Assembly (NCBI GenBank): GCA_963716255.1
Contig: OY970303.1
Span: forward strand, 3,584,001 to 3,648,000
Length of the DNA stretch: 64,000 nucleotides
Direction: 5' to 3'
Origin: an uncultured Gemmatimonadales bacterium
GTDB taxonomy: Bacteria; Gemmatimonadota; Gemmatimonadetes; Longimicrobiales; Longimicrobiaceae
The notes under the pieces were generated by a model that saw nothing but the letters and a program-made list of their open reading frames with translations, was not told the DNA's origin and searched no databases. This document shows, piece by piece, positions 20,935-31,794 of the stretch (the stretch's first letter is position 1; each line of letters starts with the position of its first letter). Position numbers and translations under genes: made by a program.

Positions 20935-22674
20935 TCAGGGCCGGTCCGCCCGGAAGGTGTCCACCACCACCTCGCCGCGCGGCGCACCCCAGTCGGTCGC
21001 GATCGCCATGTCGCGCCGCGCCGTCGCCAGCGCCGGCACGGCGAGCATCGGCTCCGGCTCCACATCCGCCTCCACGCCGTCCTCCGGGCGGATGCGGTCC
21101 AGCACCTGCCGCGCCAGGCGGCGGCGCGGCCCCGGGGGGTCGCGGTCCAGCAGCCGCTCCAGCGTCGCCACGGCGGCGGCGGTGTCGCCCTGCGCCAGGT
21201 ACGCGTCCGCCAGGTTGGCGTAGGCCACGTGGCGGTCCGGGTAGCGGTCCACCACCTCCTCCAGCACCTCCGCCGCCTCGTCATTGCGCCCCAGGCGGAG
21301 CAGCGCGTACCCCTCGTTGTTGCGGTACTCGGCCTCCGCCGGCACCAGGCTCCCGGCGCGCCGGAAGGCAGCCAGCGCCCGGTCGTACTCGCGCCGCTGG
21401 AAGTGCCGTAGCCCCTCGCGGTTGGCGTCGCGCGCCTCGGCAGCCGGGGCGCGGCGCGGCAGGGCCGGCTCGCGGACCTCGGTCGCGGCGCCTGCGCCGC
21501 CGCCCCCGGCCAGCTCCAGCGCGACCGCCCCGCCCCCCGCAAGGAGGACGCCCGCCGTAACCGCCGCCAGCGCCGTGCGCCGCCGCACCGCGGGAAGGCG
21601 CATCCGCCGCCGGCGCTTCGCCACGGGGGGGACCGGCTCGGCGCGGCGCTCCTCCACCCCCGGAGCCGTGCGCTCCTCCACCAGCGCCGTGCGGTCGTCG
21701 GCGCCCCCGCGCAGCGGCTCGCCGGTGGTTCGCCAGCCGCTGCGCTCGGCCGGGTCCAGCGCGATGCGGCGCCGGCCGCACGCCTGCTGGAGCGCCCGTG
21801 CGAAGGCGCCCGCGTCGGGAAAGCGGCGCGCCGGCTCGTCGGCGAGCGCCTGGACAAGCACCTCCTCCACCTCCTGCGGCACCTGCGCGTTGCGGGAGCG
21901 CACGGAGGGCAGGGGGACGGGGAGTCCGGCCTCGCGCCGGTTCTGGTCCGCGTCCGTGAACAGGCGGGTGCGGGTCAGCACCTCGAAGCCCACCACGCCC
22001 AGCGCGTACACGTCCACCGCGCAGGTGATCTTCGCGTCGGCCGCCAGCTGCTCCGGGGCCGCATAGCGCGCCGAGAGCGGCGCGCGCCCGTCCAGCGTCA
22101 GGTGGGTGGCGGTGTGCTCCGGGTCGTGCCGCAGCGGCTTCGCGATCCCGAAGTCCAGCACCCGCACCGTGGGCTCCGCGCCCCCGTCCTCCGGCTCCGC
22201 CAGGAACAGGTTCCCCGGCTTCACGTCGCGGTGCACCAGCCCCTCCTGATGCCCCACCGAGAGCGCCCGCGCCGCGTCGCGCAGGATGCGGAGCGCCTGC
22301 GCCAGCGGGAGCGGGTCCGGGCGCGACAGGCGCGCGCGCAGGTCCTCGCCCCGCAGCAGCTCCATGACGATGTAGTCGCGGTTCAGCGTCTCGTCCGACC
22401 CGTAGTCGTAGACGGGGACGATACCGGGGTGCGTGGGGAGCCGCGCCGCGTACGACGCCTCGTGGCGAAAGCGGGCGCGCAGCCGCGCCACCTCGTCCGC
22501 GGGGGCGCGGACGGGGAGCTTGAGCACCTTGACCGCGACCGAGTGCTCCGCCCTGCCGTGGCGCAGGTCGCTGGCGCGGAAGACGACGCCGAAGCCGCCG
22601 TCGCCGAGGACCTCCTCGATGCGGTAGTGGCGGCCGACGACCCGTCCGATCAGGAGGTGCTCGAACCCTGACAT
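20935..22674 (-). CDS. Hanks-type Ser/Thr protein kinase with TM segment and TPRs (paralogue)
   Basis: GDGGFGVVF, VAVK, HRDVKPGN, DFG, YAAPE; TM; TPR YRNNEGYALL. Confidence 0.95.
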   Translation of the reverse strand: MSGFEHLLIGRVVGRHYRIEEVLGDGGFGVVFRASDLRHGRAEHSVAVKVLKLPVRAPADEVARLRARFRHEASYAARLPTHPGIVPVYDYGSDETLNRDYIVMELLRGEDLRARLSRPDPLPLAQALRILRDAARALSVGHQEGLVHRDVKPGNLFLAEPEDGGAEPTVRVLDFGIAKPLRHDPEHTATHLTLDGRAPLSARYAAPEQLAADAKITCAVDVYALGVVGFEVLTRTRLFTDADQNRREAGLPVPLPSVRSRNAQVPQEVEEVLVQALADEPARRFPDAGAFARALQQACGRRRIALDPAERSGWRTTGEPLRGGADDRTALVEERTAPGVEERRAEPVPPVAKRRRRMRLPAVRRRTALAAVTAGVLLAGGGAVALELAGGGGAGAATEVREPALPRRAPAAEARDANREGLRHFQRREYDRALAAFRRAGSLVPAEAEYRNNEGYALLRLGRNDEAAEVLEEVVDRYPDRHVAYANLADAYLAQGDTAAAVATLERLLDRDPPGPRRRLARQVLDRIRPEDGVEADVEPEPMLAVPALATARRDMAIATDWGAPRGEVVVDTFRADRP

Positions 22675-22711
22675 GGGACTGCTCGGGTGGGGGTGCTCGG
22701 GGGCGGCGCGC

Positions 22712-23632
22712 CTACTCCAGGCGCGTCGCGTCGGGATCCTCCTCCTCGTCGAGCGGCGGGAGCTCCCGCACCCGGAGGACGGGGCCCTGCTCCCCGATGC
22801 GGAGCGGCTCGTCCAGCGGGAGCCACTCGGTGTGCATCCCCTGCATCTCCTCCAGCTGCAGGGGGCCCTGCTTGCGGTTGGCGCCGGGGATCTCGCGGCC
22901 GGCCAGGTGGACGACGTTGAGCCCCAGGTTGTACACCCGGAACCCCGGCTCGTCCCCGCGCGGCTCCCACGCCAGCGCCAGCTGGCGGCGACTGACGTGC
23001 GGCGCCTCGGTGAGGGATACGGTGCTGCGCAGCCGCGGGTCGTCCGTGCGGCGGCCCACGGTGCAGATGGTCTCCGGCATGCGGAACACCTCGCGCTCGT
23101 TGCCGTCCAGGTCCTCCACCACCAGCACGAAGCGCCCCGGCTCCCACCCGGCCGGTGCCCCGGCGGCGGCGCCGCCCTCCACGCGGGTGGCGTCCGGGTC
23201 CATCCCCGGCGCGAACACCGGGGCGGGGGCCGGCGCCGGCGCGGTGATGGGCACCGGCTCCACCTCCGCCATCTCGTTCTCGCTGTGCGAGGTCACCACG
23301 AAGAGCGGCGCGTCGTCCCGCTCGGCGCGGTGCACCTGCACGCGGTACTCGCGGTCGTACAGCGAGCCGTGCCGCATGCACGAGGCGGTCAGCTCGCTTT
23401 CCACCTCGCGCGCCACGGGGAGCAGCGAGTCCGCCGCGTCGGGGCGCAGGGTGACCACCAGCACGGTGGGCGGGAGGAGCTGCGCGTAGCGCTCCGGGAG
23501 CGCGCGGGCGTTCTCGCGGTCGATGACCCGCCCCAGCTCCAGCTTGACCTGGGGGAGGGTGTCGCGCAGGAAGGCGTCCAGCAGCGGCTCGCCGGTGTGG
23601 GCCAGGGGGTCGCTCGGGGACATGGCGCTCAT
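22712..23632 (-). CDS. FHA-domain protein (FhaA-like architecture)
   Basis: ATG overlaps the PP2C stop (ATGA); C-terminal TVGRR...HVSRRQ...NLGLN FHA-like motifs. Confidence 0.75.
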   Translation of the reverse strand: MSAMSPSDPLAHTGEPLLDAFLRDTLPQVKLELGRVIDRENARALPERYAQLLPPTVLVVTLRPDAADSLLPVAREVESELTASCMRHGSLYDREYRVQVHRAERDDAPLFVVTSHSENEMAEVEPVPITAPAPAPAPVFAPGMDPDATRVEGGAAAGAPAGWEPGRFVLVVEDLDGNEREVFRMPETICTVGRRTDDPRLRSTVSLTEAPHVSRRQLALAWEPRGDEPGFRVYNLGLNVVHLAGREIPGANRKQGPLQLEEMQGMHTEWLPLDEPLRIGEQGPVLRVRELPPLDEEEDPDATRLE

Positions 23633-24756
23633 GGCGTGACGGCGGTGGGGGCGGCCGCGGTGTCGATCCCGACGGCCGCGGTGTCGGCGGCCAGCGTGTC
23701 CGGGGGCGGCACGAGCAGGCGGATGGAGTCCACCCTGGCCCGCAGCCGGGCCACCTCGTCGCGGGAGGCCGCCTGCTCGCGGGCCTGCAGGCCGCTCCAC
23801 GCGGCCCACCCGGCGAGCGCCAGCGCCGCCAGGCTGAGGAGGAGGGCGAGGCCCCCCAGACGGGAGCGGCGCGGGGCGTGGTTCACGGGCGTCGCGGGGT
23901 TGAAGATCGGGTCGGCCGGCTCCGGGGCCGCGGCCGGCCGCGCGGGCGCGGCGCGCGGGGGCGGCTCCGGCTCGGTGTCGTCCTCGCGCGGGCCGCCGCC
24001 GGTCATGCGCACGGCCAGCGCGGTGAAGTTGTCGTCGGGGCCGCGCTCCTCCACGCGGCGGCGGATGATCTCCACCACCTCGCCGGCGGAGGCGGCGGCC
24101 ATGGCCTCGCCCAGCTCGTCCAGCCGGGTGGCCTTGGAGATCCCGTCCGAGGCCAGCAGGTACGTCCAGCCGGGCCGCAGCGGGATCCATACAGCGTCCG
24201 CCTCGCCGCCGCGCCCCACGGCGCGCTGCAGGCGGTTGGCGCCCTCGGCCTCGGTGACCTCGTCCAGGCCGATCTCCCCCGCCTCCCAGCGGGCGAAGGC
24301 CGGGGTGTGGTCGCGGCTCTCCAGGCGCACGGTGCCGTCGGGCGAGCGCGACAGGATGCGCACGTCGCCCGCGAAGGCGCCGATCCACCCCGGCGACCCG
24401 GCGCGGTCCGGCGCCAGCGACAGGAGCGCCAGCGCGCACCCCATCCCCCCGCGCTCGGCCACGTTCTCCTGCGCCGCCAGCGCCACGGCGCGGTCGGCGG
24501 CGCGCACGGCGTGCCGGGCGGCGTCCAGGCTGCGGATGGGGCCGGCCTCCAGCAGGGCGCGCAGGGCGGTGTCGGCGGCCAGGCGGCCGCCCCGCTCCCC
24601 GCCCATCCCGTCGGCGACGGCCACCGTGCCCGTCTGCTCGAAGGCGTCCAGCGACAGCGCGTCCTGGTTCTCCGGGCGGGGCCCCTGCCCGCTGAACCCG
24701 GCCAGCTCGAAGAGGAGCCCGCGGTGGCGGACGCTCCTGGCGACGGTGTCGCTCAT
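23629..24756 (-). CDS. PP2C/PPM-family Ser/Thr phosphatase with C-terminal TM (PstP-like)
   Basis: RPENQD, VADGMGG, AGD, DHT, LASDG, DDNFT; ATG overlaps the RodA stop. Confidence 0.92.
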   Translation of the reverse strand: MSDTVARSVRHRGLLFELAGFSGQGPRPENQDALSLDAFEQTGTVAVADGMGGERGGRLAADTALRALLEAGPIRSLDAARHAVRAADRAVALAAQENVAERGGMGCALALLSLAPDRAGSPGWIGAFAGDVRILSRSPDGTVRLESRDHTPAFARWEAGEIGLDEVTEAEGANRLQRAVGRGGEADAVWIPLRPGWTYLLASDGISKATRLDELGEAMAAASAGEVVEIIRRRVEERGPDDNFTALAVRMTGGGPREDDTEPEPPPRAAPARPAAAPEPADPIFNPATPVNHAPRRSRLGGLALLLSLAALALAGWAAWSGLQAREQAASRDEVARLRARVDSIRLLVPPPDTLAADTAAVGIDTAAAPTAVTP

Positions 24757-26399
24757 ACGATGCGGACCCCGCGGGCCGCCTCGGCGGCCTCCGGCGGGGG
24801 CGCGAGTGCGTGCTCCAGCTCGTCCTCCTCTGTCCGGCGGTGGCTGATCCCCGCGATGATCCCCACGGCCAGCGCCGAAGCCAGCAGCTTGGCGCCCCCG
24901 TGGGCGGCGAAGGCGGCGGCCACGCCCGTGAGCGGGATCACGCGGATCCCGCCCAGCGTGGCGAGCCAGAAGGGGATGGCGATGAGCATCGCCAGCCCGG
25001 TCACCAGCGTGCGCTCGAAGGCGCCTCGCTCGCGGACCGCCGCCATGAACATCCCGATGAGAAATACGGTGTAGAGCAGCACCAGCGCCACCCCCCCGAC
25101 CAGCCCCCACTGCGCCGCGTGCAGGGTGATGTACCCGTCGTCGGCCGAGTTGGGGGCCGTCTCGCCGTGCCCGCGCCCCGGCCCCTCGCCGATCACGCCG
25201 CCGGCCGTGACGTTGGCGTCGAACAGCTTCATCTGGTGGAGCTTGGCCGCCCACGCCTCCGCCTGGGGCTCGCTCATCTGCGCCGGGTCGCGGTACGGGT
25301 CGTACGCCAGCTCCAGGCGGGTGCGCGAGCGCTCGTCCACGTTGAAGGCCGCGAACACCAGCCCCGCCCACGCCACCAGCATCAGCCCCGCCCACCAGCC
25401 GCGCCGCGTCCCCACCAGCAGCATCGCCGCCAGGCTCCCCGCTAGCACGATGGAAAGCCCCAGCTCGCGGATCACCAGGAAGGGGACCACCGGCATCAGG
25501 CCGTACAGCACCAGCCCCACCAGCCGTTGCGGGGCGAGCACCGAGCCCGGCCGCGCCAGGTTGTAGGCGTCGTCCGCGAGCACCGCGGCCCAGGTGGCGA
25601 TGAACACCGGCAGGAAAAGCTCCCACGGCGTCGTCCCCCCCACCTTGCCCAGCCGGGTGAAGAACAGGGTGAGGACGAAGAACGCGGCCAGCGTCACCAG
25701 GTAGGGAACGCGCCGGTTCTGCCGGAACCAGCGCAGCCGTTCCGCGCGCCGCGAGAGCAGGTATCCCAGCAGCAGCGCCAGCGGCGCCAGGAACACCGAG
25801 TAGTGCGAGATCCCCCGCAGGAACGCCGTTTCCCCCTCCGCCACCCCGCGCACCGCCCGCGCGAACGGGTCCGGGAGCGGGGGCGGCGGCCCGCCGAACA
25901 CCTCCTGCTGCCGCTCCGCCTCGTAGGCCCGCTCGATGGTGGAGATGCGCGAGCGGTCCGCCTTGAGCTCGTTGGCCTGCGCGCGCGATCCGCTCGCGGC
26001 CTGGTACACCGGGTCGGTGAACACCTGGAACTGCGCCGGCCGCGTCATGAAGAAGATCACCACCGGCAGCGCCACGATGGCCCACGAGCCCCGGTACCCC
26101 ATCCACCGCAGCAGCCCCAGCACCAGCAGCCAGGCGAGCAGCGCCCCCGCGTCGCGCAGCAGCGTGCGCGTGGCCCCGGTGGAGGTGCCGTGCACCGGCC
26201 ACACCCAGGCGACCACCGAGTAGTGCGCCGCCAGGTAGAAGGCCGTTGCCAGCAGGAGCCCCACCCACAGCCAGCGCGAGGTGCGCTGCGTCGGACGCAT
26301 CCTCGCCCCCGGCAGCGCGGCGGCCGGAGCGCGCACGCGCAGCGCCACGCCGTGCGGCCCCTCGGGAGCCTTCTTCCGGAAGATGTCCAGGATCGCCAT
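24753..26399 (-). CDS. FtsW/RodA/SpoVE (SEDS) family protein
   Basis: Multi-TM; ELG, GGVIGEGPGRG, IPLTGV...AHGG; adjacent to a class B PBP. Confidence 0.85.
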   Translation of the reverse strand: MAILDIFRKKAPEGPHGVALRVRAPAAALPGARMRPTQRTSRWLWVGLLLATAFYLAAHYSVVAWVWPVHGTSTGATRTLLRDAGALLAWLLVLGLLRWMGYRGSWAIVALPVVIFFMTRPAQFQVFTDPVYQAASGSRAQANELKADRSRISTIERAYEAERQQEVFGGPPPPLPDPFARAVRGVAEGETAFLRGISHYSVFLAPLALLLGYLLSRRAERLRWFRQNRRVPYLVTLAAFFVLTLFFTRLGKVGGTTPWELFLPVFIATWAAVLADDAYNLARPGSVLAPQRLVGLVLYGLMPVVPFLVIRELGLSIVLAGSLAAMLLVGTRRGWWAGLMLVAWAGLVFAAFNVDERSRTRLELAYDPYRDPAQMSEPQAEAWAAKLHQMKLFDANVTAGGVIGEGPGRGHGETAPNSADDGYITLHAAQWGLVGGVALVLLYTVFLIGMFMAAVRERGAFERTLVTGLAMLIAIPFWLATLGGIRVIPLTGVAAAFAAHGGAKLLASALAVGIIAGISHRRTEEDELEHALAPPPEAAEAARGVRIV

Positions 26400-27940
26400 C
26401 ACCCCCTCCTCGCCGCCGGGGCCGTGCGGGCGAGCACGCGGGTCACCCCCGCCGCCACCGCCGCCGGCTCGCGTCCGCCCGGGCCGCCCCCGCGCAGGTA
26501 CACCACCACCGTGTAGCGCGGCCGCCCGTCCGGCCCGAACACCAGCCCCGCGAACCACCCGTCGTCCGGCCTCCCCGCGATCTGCGCCGTCCCCGTCTTG
26601 CCGCCCAGGTCCCAGCCCAGCCCCTCCAGCAGCGGCAGGGTGCTGCGCGCCGTCCCCGAGTCCACCACCGCCAGCATGGCCCGCTGGAGCTTCTGCGCCG
26701 TCGCCGCGCTCATCACCCGCGTCCCCTCCTCCGGGCGCTCCGCCCGCTCGCTCTCCAGGGTGGGCGGCAGCATCACCCCGCCGTTGCCGATGGCCTGCAC
26801 GAAGCGCGAGATGGCGATGGGCGTCACGTCCACCGGCCCCTGCCCGATGGCGAGCTGCGCCCACTCCTGGCGTCCCGTCTTCTCACCCATGCGGATGCGG
26901 GACGGCGAGGGGCTCATCCGCCGCGCCCACGCCTCCGACGACGTGCTCCAGAAGGCGCGCGTGGTGTCCGTGGACGGCCTGCCCGTGTACGGCTCGAAGC
27001 CGTAGCGGCGGTACGCCTCGGTGAACGCCCGCTCCCCCAGCCGCTCGCGCATCTGCTGCGCCATCCACACCGCCGCCGTGTTGCAGGAGGGGATCAGCAT
27101 CCCCGTGGGCCCCTGCACGATCCCCCGCGCCTTCATCTCGTAGTTGCGGATGGCGGAGCGCTCCGTCACCTGGATGCTCGCGGGGCAGGGGATGGGCGGA
27201 TCGCCCAGCCCGCTCTCCCACCAGAGCGCCGCCAGCGCCAGCTTGAACACCGAGCCCGGCGGGGCGTAGCGCTTGATCCCCAGCGGCGGGTCGTCCGGCC
27301 CGCCGGTGGCCGCGTACGCCACCACGGCGCCCGAGCGGACGTCCTGCACCACCACTGCGCCCGGCCTGCGGGTGGAGCTCAGCAGCTGCCACGCGGCCCG
27401 CGTGGGCGCGGCGCAAAGCGTCAGCCGCAGGTCCGTGCCCACCGGGTGCAGCTCCCCGGACTCGGTCAGCGACATGGGCTCGCGCAGCTCCTCCGCGAAG
27501 AGCCGCTCCACCGTGTAGTCGCGGTCGTCCGCCTCGCGGCCGCCGCCCACCAGGTTTGCGGTGGCCTCGCCCAGCGGGTACACCCGGCGGATCTCGCCGC
27601 CCTGGGTGGCGTAGCGCGCCAGCGCGTCGCCGTTGTTGCCGGAGCAGTCCAGGATCCACCCGCGCGTTTCGCCGCGCCGCTGCTCGGTGAGCCGCGGGTC
27701 GCCGAAGCGGGAGTACATCCGCCGCCCCTCCTCCAGCTTCTCCTTTTCCAGCAGCAGCTTGGCGTGGCCGGCGGTGTACACCCCCGCCAGCACGAGCATG
27801 CCGAAGGCGATGCGCACCGCCCAGCGCTCCCGCCGCTCCTTCCACAGCGCCCGGGTCAGCCGGGCCAGGGCGATGGCGGCGCCCACGCCCATGGCGAGGA
27901 AGGCTCCGCGCAGCAGCCAGTTCAGGATCGTATCCAGCAC
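26399..27940 (-). CDS. Class B penicillin-binding transpeptidase (PbpA-like)
   Basis: RGWILD, RVYPLG, SxxK (GSVFK), SxN (SCN), KTGT. Confidence 0.92.
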   Translation of the reverse strand: MLDTILNWLLRGAFLAMGVGAAIALARLTRALWKERRERWAVRIAFGMLVLAGVYTAGHAKLLLEKEKLEEGRRMYSRFGDPRLTEQRRGETRGWILDCSGNNGDALARYATQGGEIRRVYPLGEATANLVGGGREADDRDYTVERLFAEELREPMSLTESGELHPVGTDLRLTLCAAPTRAAWQLLSSTRRPGAVVVQDVRSGAVVAYAATGGPDDPPLGIKRYAPPGSVFKLALAALWWESGLGDPPIPCPASIQVTERSAIRNYEMKARGIVQGPTGMLIPSCNTAAVWMAQQMRERLGERAFTEAYRRYGFEPYTGRPSTDTTRAFWSTSSEAWARRMSPSPSRIRMGEKTGRQEWAQLAIGQGPVDVTPIAISRFVQAIGNGGVMLPPTLESERAERPEEGTRVMSAATAQKLQRAMLAVVDSGTARSTLPLLEGLGWDLGGKTGTAQIAGRPDDGWFAGLVFGPDGRPRYTVVVYLRGGGPGGREPAAVAAGVTRVLARTAPAARRG

Positions 27941-28041
27941 GCTCGCTCTCCAGGACGACGAGTTGTGGTGCCCGGGGTGGATCGGGTGTGCGAGCTACGG
28001 CAAGCACTGCACCACATGAAAAAAAGAGGAACGGCTGGTTC

Positions 28042-28170
28042 GGGCGTGCCCCCGCTGACGCGGGGTCGGGCTTCGGCTCCGTAAGCCAGCAAACAACGCT
28101 GGCTAACGGAGTCGAGCCCGCGCAAACAGCCGCGCGGTCTCGCCCCTGCGGGCCGAAATCCCTCACGCGG
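28042..28170 (+). repeat. Structured intergenic element, copy 3
   Basis: Same termini; loops AAACAAC and AAACAGCC. Confidence 0.9.
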
Positions 28171-28280
28171 TCTCGCGCTGGCGTCGTCGGCCGTTTGCCA
28201 CACTACGCACGAACGGCCCCGGCGTTTCACGCCGGGGCCGCCGTTGCAGGCTGTTCCCTGTTCCCTGTTCCCTGCCGTCC

Positions 28281-28990
28281 TCAGTCCACCCGCATCAGCC
28301 GGAGCACGGTGTTGCCCATGCGCAGCGTGTCGCCGGGCTCCAGGGACTGCTCCTGGTGGGCGGCGAGGGGGGCGTCGTTGACGTAGGTGCGGTTCTTGGA
28401 GTCCAGGTCGGTGACCGTGGCGCGGCCCCCGGCCACGCGGACGCGGGCGTGCTGGCCGGACATGTAGCGGTCGCCCAGGCCCAGCACGCCGTCGGCGGGC
28501 TTGCGGCCCAGCACCATCTCGCCGCGCACCTGCACCGGCTCGCGAAGCACCTCGCTCTGCACCACCTCCAGCAGCGCCAGGTTCTGCGGCGCGGCGCGGG
28601 CGGCGGGGCGGGGGGCCGCCACGATGGGGCGGCCCAGCTCCGGGGGGCGGGGGCCGCCTTCGCCTCCGCGGCGGCGCCCGCCTCCAGCCCCAGCGGCTTC
28701 ACGAAGGCGAACTCGCGCTTGGTGTCCAGCAGCACGATCTCCACCCGCAGCCCCGCCCGCGCGATCCCGTTGTCCTGCGCCCACTGCGCGGCGAAGCGGC
28801 GCAGGTGGTCCGTCTCGTCGCGCGACCACAGGGCCGGGTCCACCCCCGGCGGCACCAGGTCGGTGGACACGAAGACGCGCAGGTCCGGCGCGCTGCGGCG
28901 GTCCGCGTAGCGGCGCAGCGCCTCGCGCACTCCCTCCTCGAGCTGCTGCCGGAGCGTGGGCTGAAAGAACTTGCGAAGCAGGCTGATCAT
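28281..28990 (-). CDS. FHA-domain protein split by a 1-nt frameshift (~28642-28655)
   Basis: N-part MISLLRKFFQPTL... in one frame; FHA domain (LGRK...MSGQHA...DLDSKNRTYVN...LEPGDTLRMG) in another; junction in G runs. Confidence 0.8.
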
Positions 28991-29064
28991 CGTGCGCTCG
29001 TCGGGGTTTCGGATCCGCCCCGCGCCCCGCAACATCGGGACCGCGGGGGCCTCGCCGGGAAGGG

Positions 29065-31424
29065 TCAGCCGGAGGTGGGAGGCGCGTCCTCCGCGGCCGG
29101 CAGGGTGAAGCAGAACACGCTGCCGCCGCCGGGGGCGTCCTCCACCCAGATCTCGCCCCCGTGCTCGCGGACGATGCTGCGGCAGATGGCCAGCCCCAGC
29201 CCCGTCCCGCCCTTGCGGCGCGAATCCGAGGAGTCCAGCTGGCGGAACGGCTCGAAGATCACCTCGCGCCGGTCGTGCGGGATCCCCGGGCCCTGGTCCG
29301 CAACCCGGAACAGCACCCTGGGCCGCGGCCCCGCGCGTCCAGCCGCACCACCCCGCCCTCCGGCGAGAACTTGATGGCGTTGGCGAGCAGGTTGGTGAGC
29401 GTCTGGATCACCCGGTCCGGGTCGGCCAGGAGCGCCGCGGGGAGCGGGTCCACCCGCAGCGACACCCCGGCGCGCTCCGCCATCTCGCGCAGCGGCTCCG
29501 CGGCGCGCTCCATCAATTCCGCGGCGTCCGTGGGAAGGGGGCTGATGGGGAGCTTGCCGGCCGCGATGCGCTCCGTGTCCAGGATGTCGTCCACCAGCCG
29601 CGCCAGGCGGTCGGTGTTCTGCAGGGCGATCTCCACCAGGCGCTTGCCGCGCGCGTCCAGCGTGCCGGTGAGCCCGCCCGCCACCAGCCCCAGCGAGCCG
29701 CGCATGGAGGCCAGCGGCGTGCGCAGCTCGTGGCTCACCATGGAGATGAACTCGTCCTTCATGCGGTCGATCTCGCGCCGGCCGGTGATGTCGCGGGCCA
29801 CGGCCTGCCACCCGGCCAGCCGGTCGCCCTCGGACACCAGCTGCACGTTCTGGCCGATCCACACCTCGCGCCCGTCGCGGGTCAGCGCCGGGAACTCGTA
29901 GTAGGTGTTGGGGACGCGTTCCTGCACCTGCCGCCGGTAGAACTCCTCCACCCGCTCCCGCCAGTCGTCGCGGATCAGGTCCGCGTAGCGCGTCCCCAGG
30001 ATCTCCGCCTCCGGGTAGCCCAGGATGCGGGCGGCCACGGGGTTGGCGTAGGTGAAGCGCCCCTCCATGTCCGCCCGGTAGATGATGTCGCTGGCCGCCT
30101 CCACGAACTGCCGGAACTGCTCCTCGCTCTTGCGCAGCGCCGCCTCTGCCCGGCGGCGGTCCGTGACGTCGCGCGAGTTCACCACCACGCTCCCCACCGC
30201 CGGGTCGTCAAGAAAGCTGGCCCCGGTGGCCTCCACGTTGTGGAAGGTGCCGTCGCCGTGCAGGAAGCGCAGCTCCACGCTCAGCGGGATGCCGGGGTTG
30301 TCCACGATGCGCGCGAACGCCTCCCGCACCCCCGAAACGTCGGCCGGGTGCACCAGGTCGAAGACGCTGCGCCCCACCAGCGCCTCCGGGGCGTAGTCCA
30401 GCACCCGCCGCACCGACGGGCTCTCGTAGCGGATGGTCCCCGCGTCGTCCAGCAGGGTGATGAGGTCGGTGGCGTTCTCGATCATCAGGCGGAACTGCCG
30501 CTCGCTGCGCCGCAGCTCCTCCTCGTTGCGCTTGCGCTGGGTGAGGTTGCTGACCACGGTGATGGAGCCCACCACCACGCCGTCCTCCAGCCGCGGGGCG
30601 CTGGTGACCAGCGCGGGGAGCGGGGTGGCGCCCTCGCGCAGCAGGCTCAGCTCGTAGGTGATCGTTTCCCCCGCGCGCCACTGGTGGCGCGCCCCCTCCA
30701 GCGTGCCCGCGTCGTCCGGGTGCACCACGTCCTCGCCGCGGGCGTGCAGCAGCGCCTCCGGGTCGCGCCCCACCAGCCGCGCGAACTGCGGGTTGACGAA
30801 GCCGAAGCGGCCCTCCAGGTCGGTGACGGTGAGCCCCTGGCCCATGGTGTTCACCACCTGCACCACGAAGTCGCGCTCGCGCCGCAGCTCCGCCTCCACC
30901 TCCGCGCGGGCCGCCGCGTCGCGCCGCAGCTCGATCTCGGTCACGGCCGAGGCCGCCAGCTCGCGGAGCGTCTCCACCTCGTCGTCCGTCCAGCGGCGCA
31001 CCCGGGCGTCCAGCACGCAGAAGGCGCCCAGCACGTGCCCGTCCGAGGCGGCGAGCGGGACCCCGGCAAAGGCCAGCATCCCCAGCCCGGTCACCGCGGC
31101 GCTTGCGCCCAGCACGGGGTGGCCGCGCGCGTCGTCCACCACCAGCGGCTTCCCGCCGGCGACCACCTCGCGGGTGAGCGGCGACCGGGAAAGCGGGGTC
31201 TCCCGCACGCCCGCCCACGACTCGGGAAAGCCCACCACGCTCTTGAAGAACTGGCGCTCCTCCTCCACCAGCGAGACCACCGCCACCGGCACGCCCAGGA
31301 CGCGGGCGGCCAGCCGCGTGAGGCGGTCGAACCCCTCCTCCGGCTGGGTGTCCAGCAGGCCGGTCCGCCGCAGGGCGGCCAGCCGCTCGGGGTCGGCCGC
31401 GGCGCGCGAGGGATCAGGGGTCAT
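29065..31424 (-). CDS. GAF/PAS sensor histidine kinase, frameshifted within the HATPase domain (~29315-29335)
   Basis: GAF, three PAS domains, SHELRTPL, NLLANAIKF in one frame; DQGPGI, GGTGLGLAI in another. Confidence 0.88.
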
Positions 31425-31587
31425 GCTGGCTGTGGCCACGCGTGCGGGCGGAAAGGAACGGTCAGGGGTGTCCCGGACAAACATGGGCGGCGCGCGGACT
31501 TCGTGCAACCGAGCCGGAAGGGGCACAAACGCCGCGCCCGCCGCCGGGACGCGGCGGCGGGCGCGGGACGCCGACGGCGCGGGGCCG

Positions 31588-31794
31588 TCAGCCGTACCGG
31601 TGGTCGCGGGCCCAGGTGTACGCCGTCCAGGCGGCGATCACGTGGCACACCCACCCCAGCGTGCCGCCGGAACCCAGCCAGAAGCCGGGGGTGATAATGA
31701 GCCAGAAGAGGGCCCGCCAGAACTTCCCGTTGTAGATCTGCCCCAGGCCGGGGATCAGGAAGCTCAGGATGGCAGCCGTGCCGGGGTCTTTCAT
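31588..31794 (-). CDS. Small membrane protein (P..AAILS..IPGLGQIYNG type)
   Basis: 68 aa, hydrophobic, recognisable conserved N-terminal motif, RBS present. Confidence 0.8.
   Translation of the reverse strand: MKDPGTAAILSFLIPGLGQIYNGKFWRALFWLIITPGFWLGSGGTLGWVCHVIAAWTAYTWARDHRYG

Noticed and set aside
28251..28274. Heptamer tandem repeat (CTGTTCC) x3
   Set aside because: Too short to interpret; single occurrence in the window.
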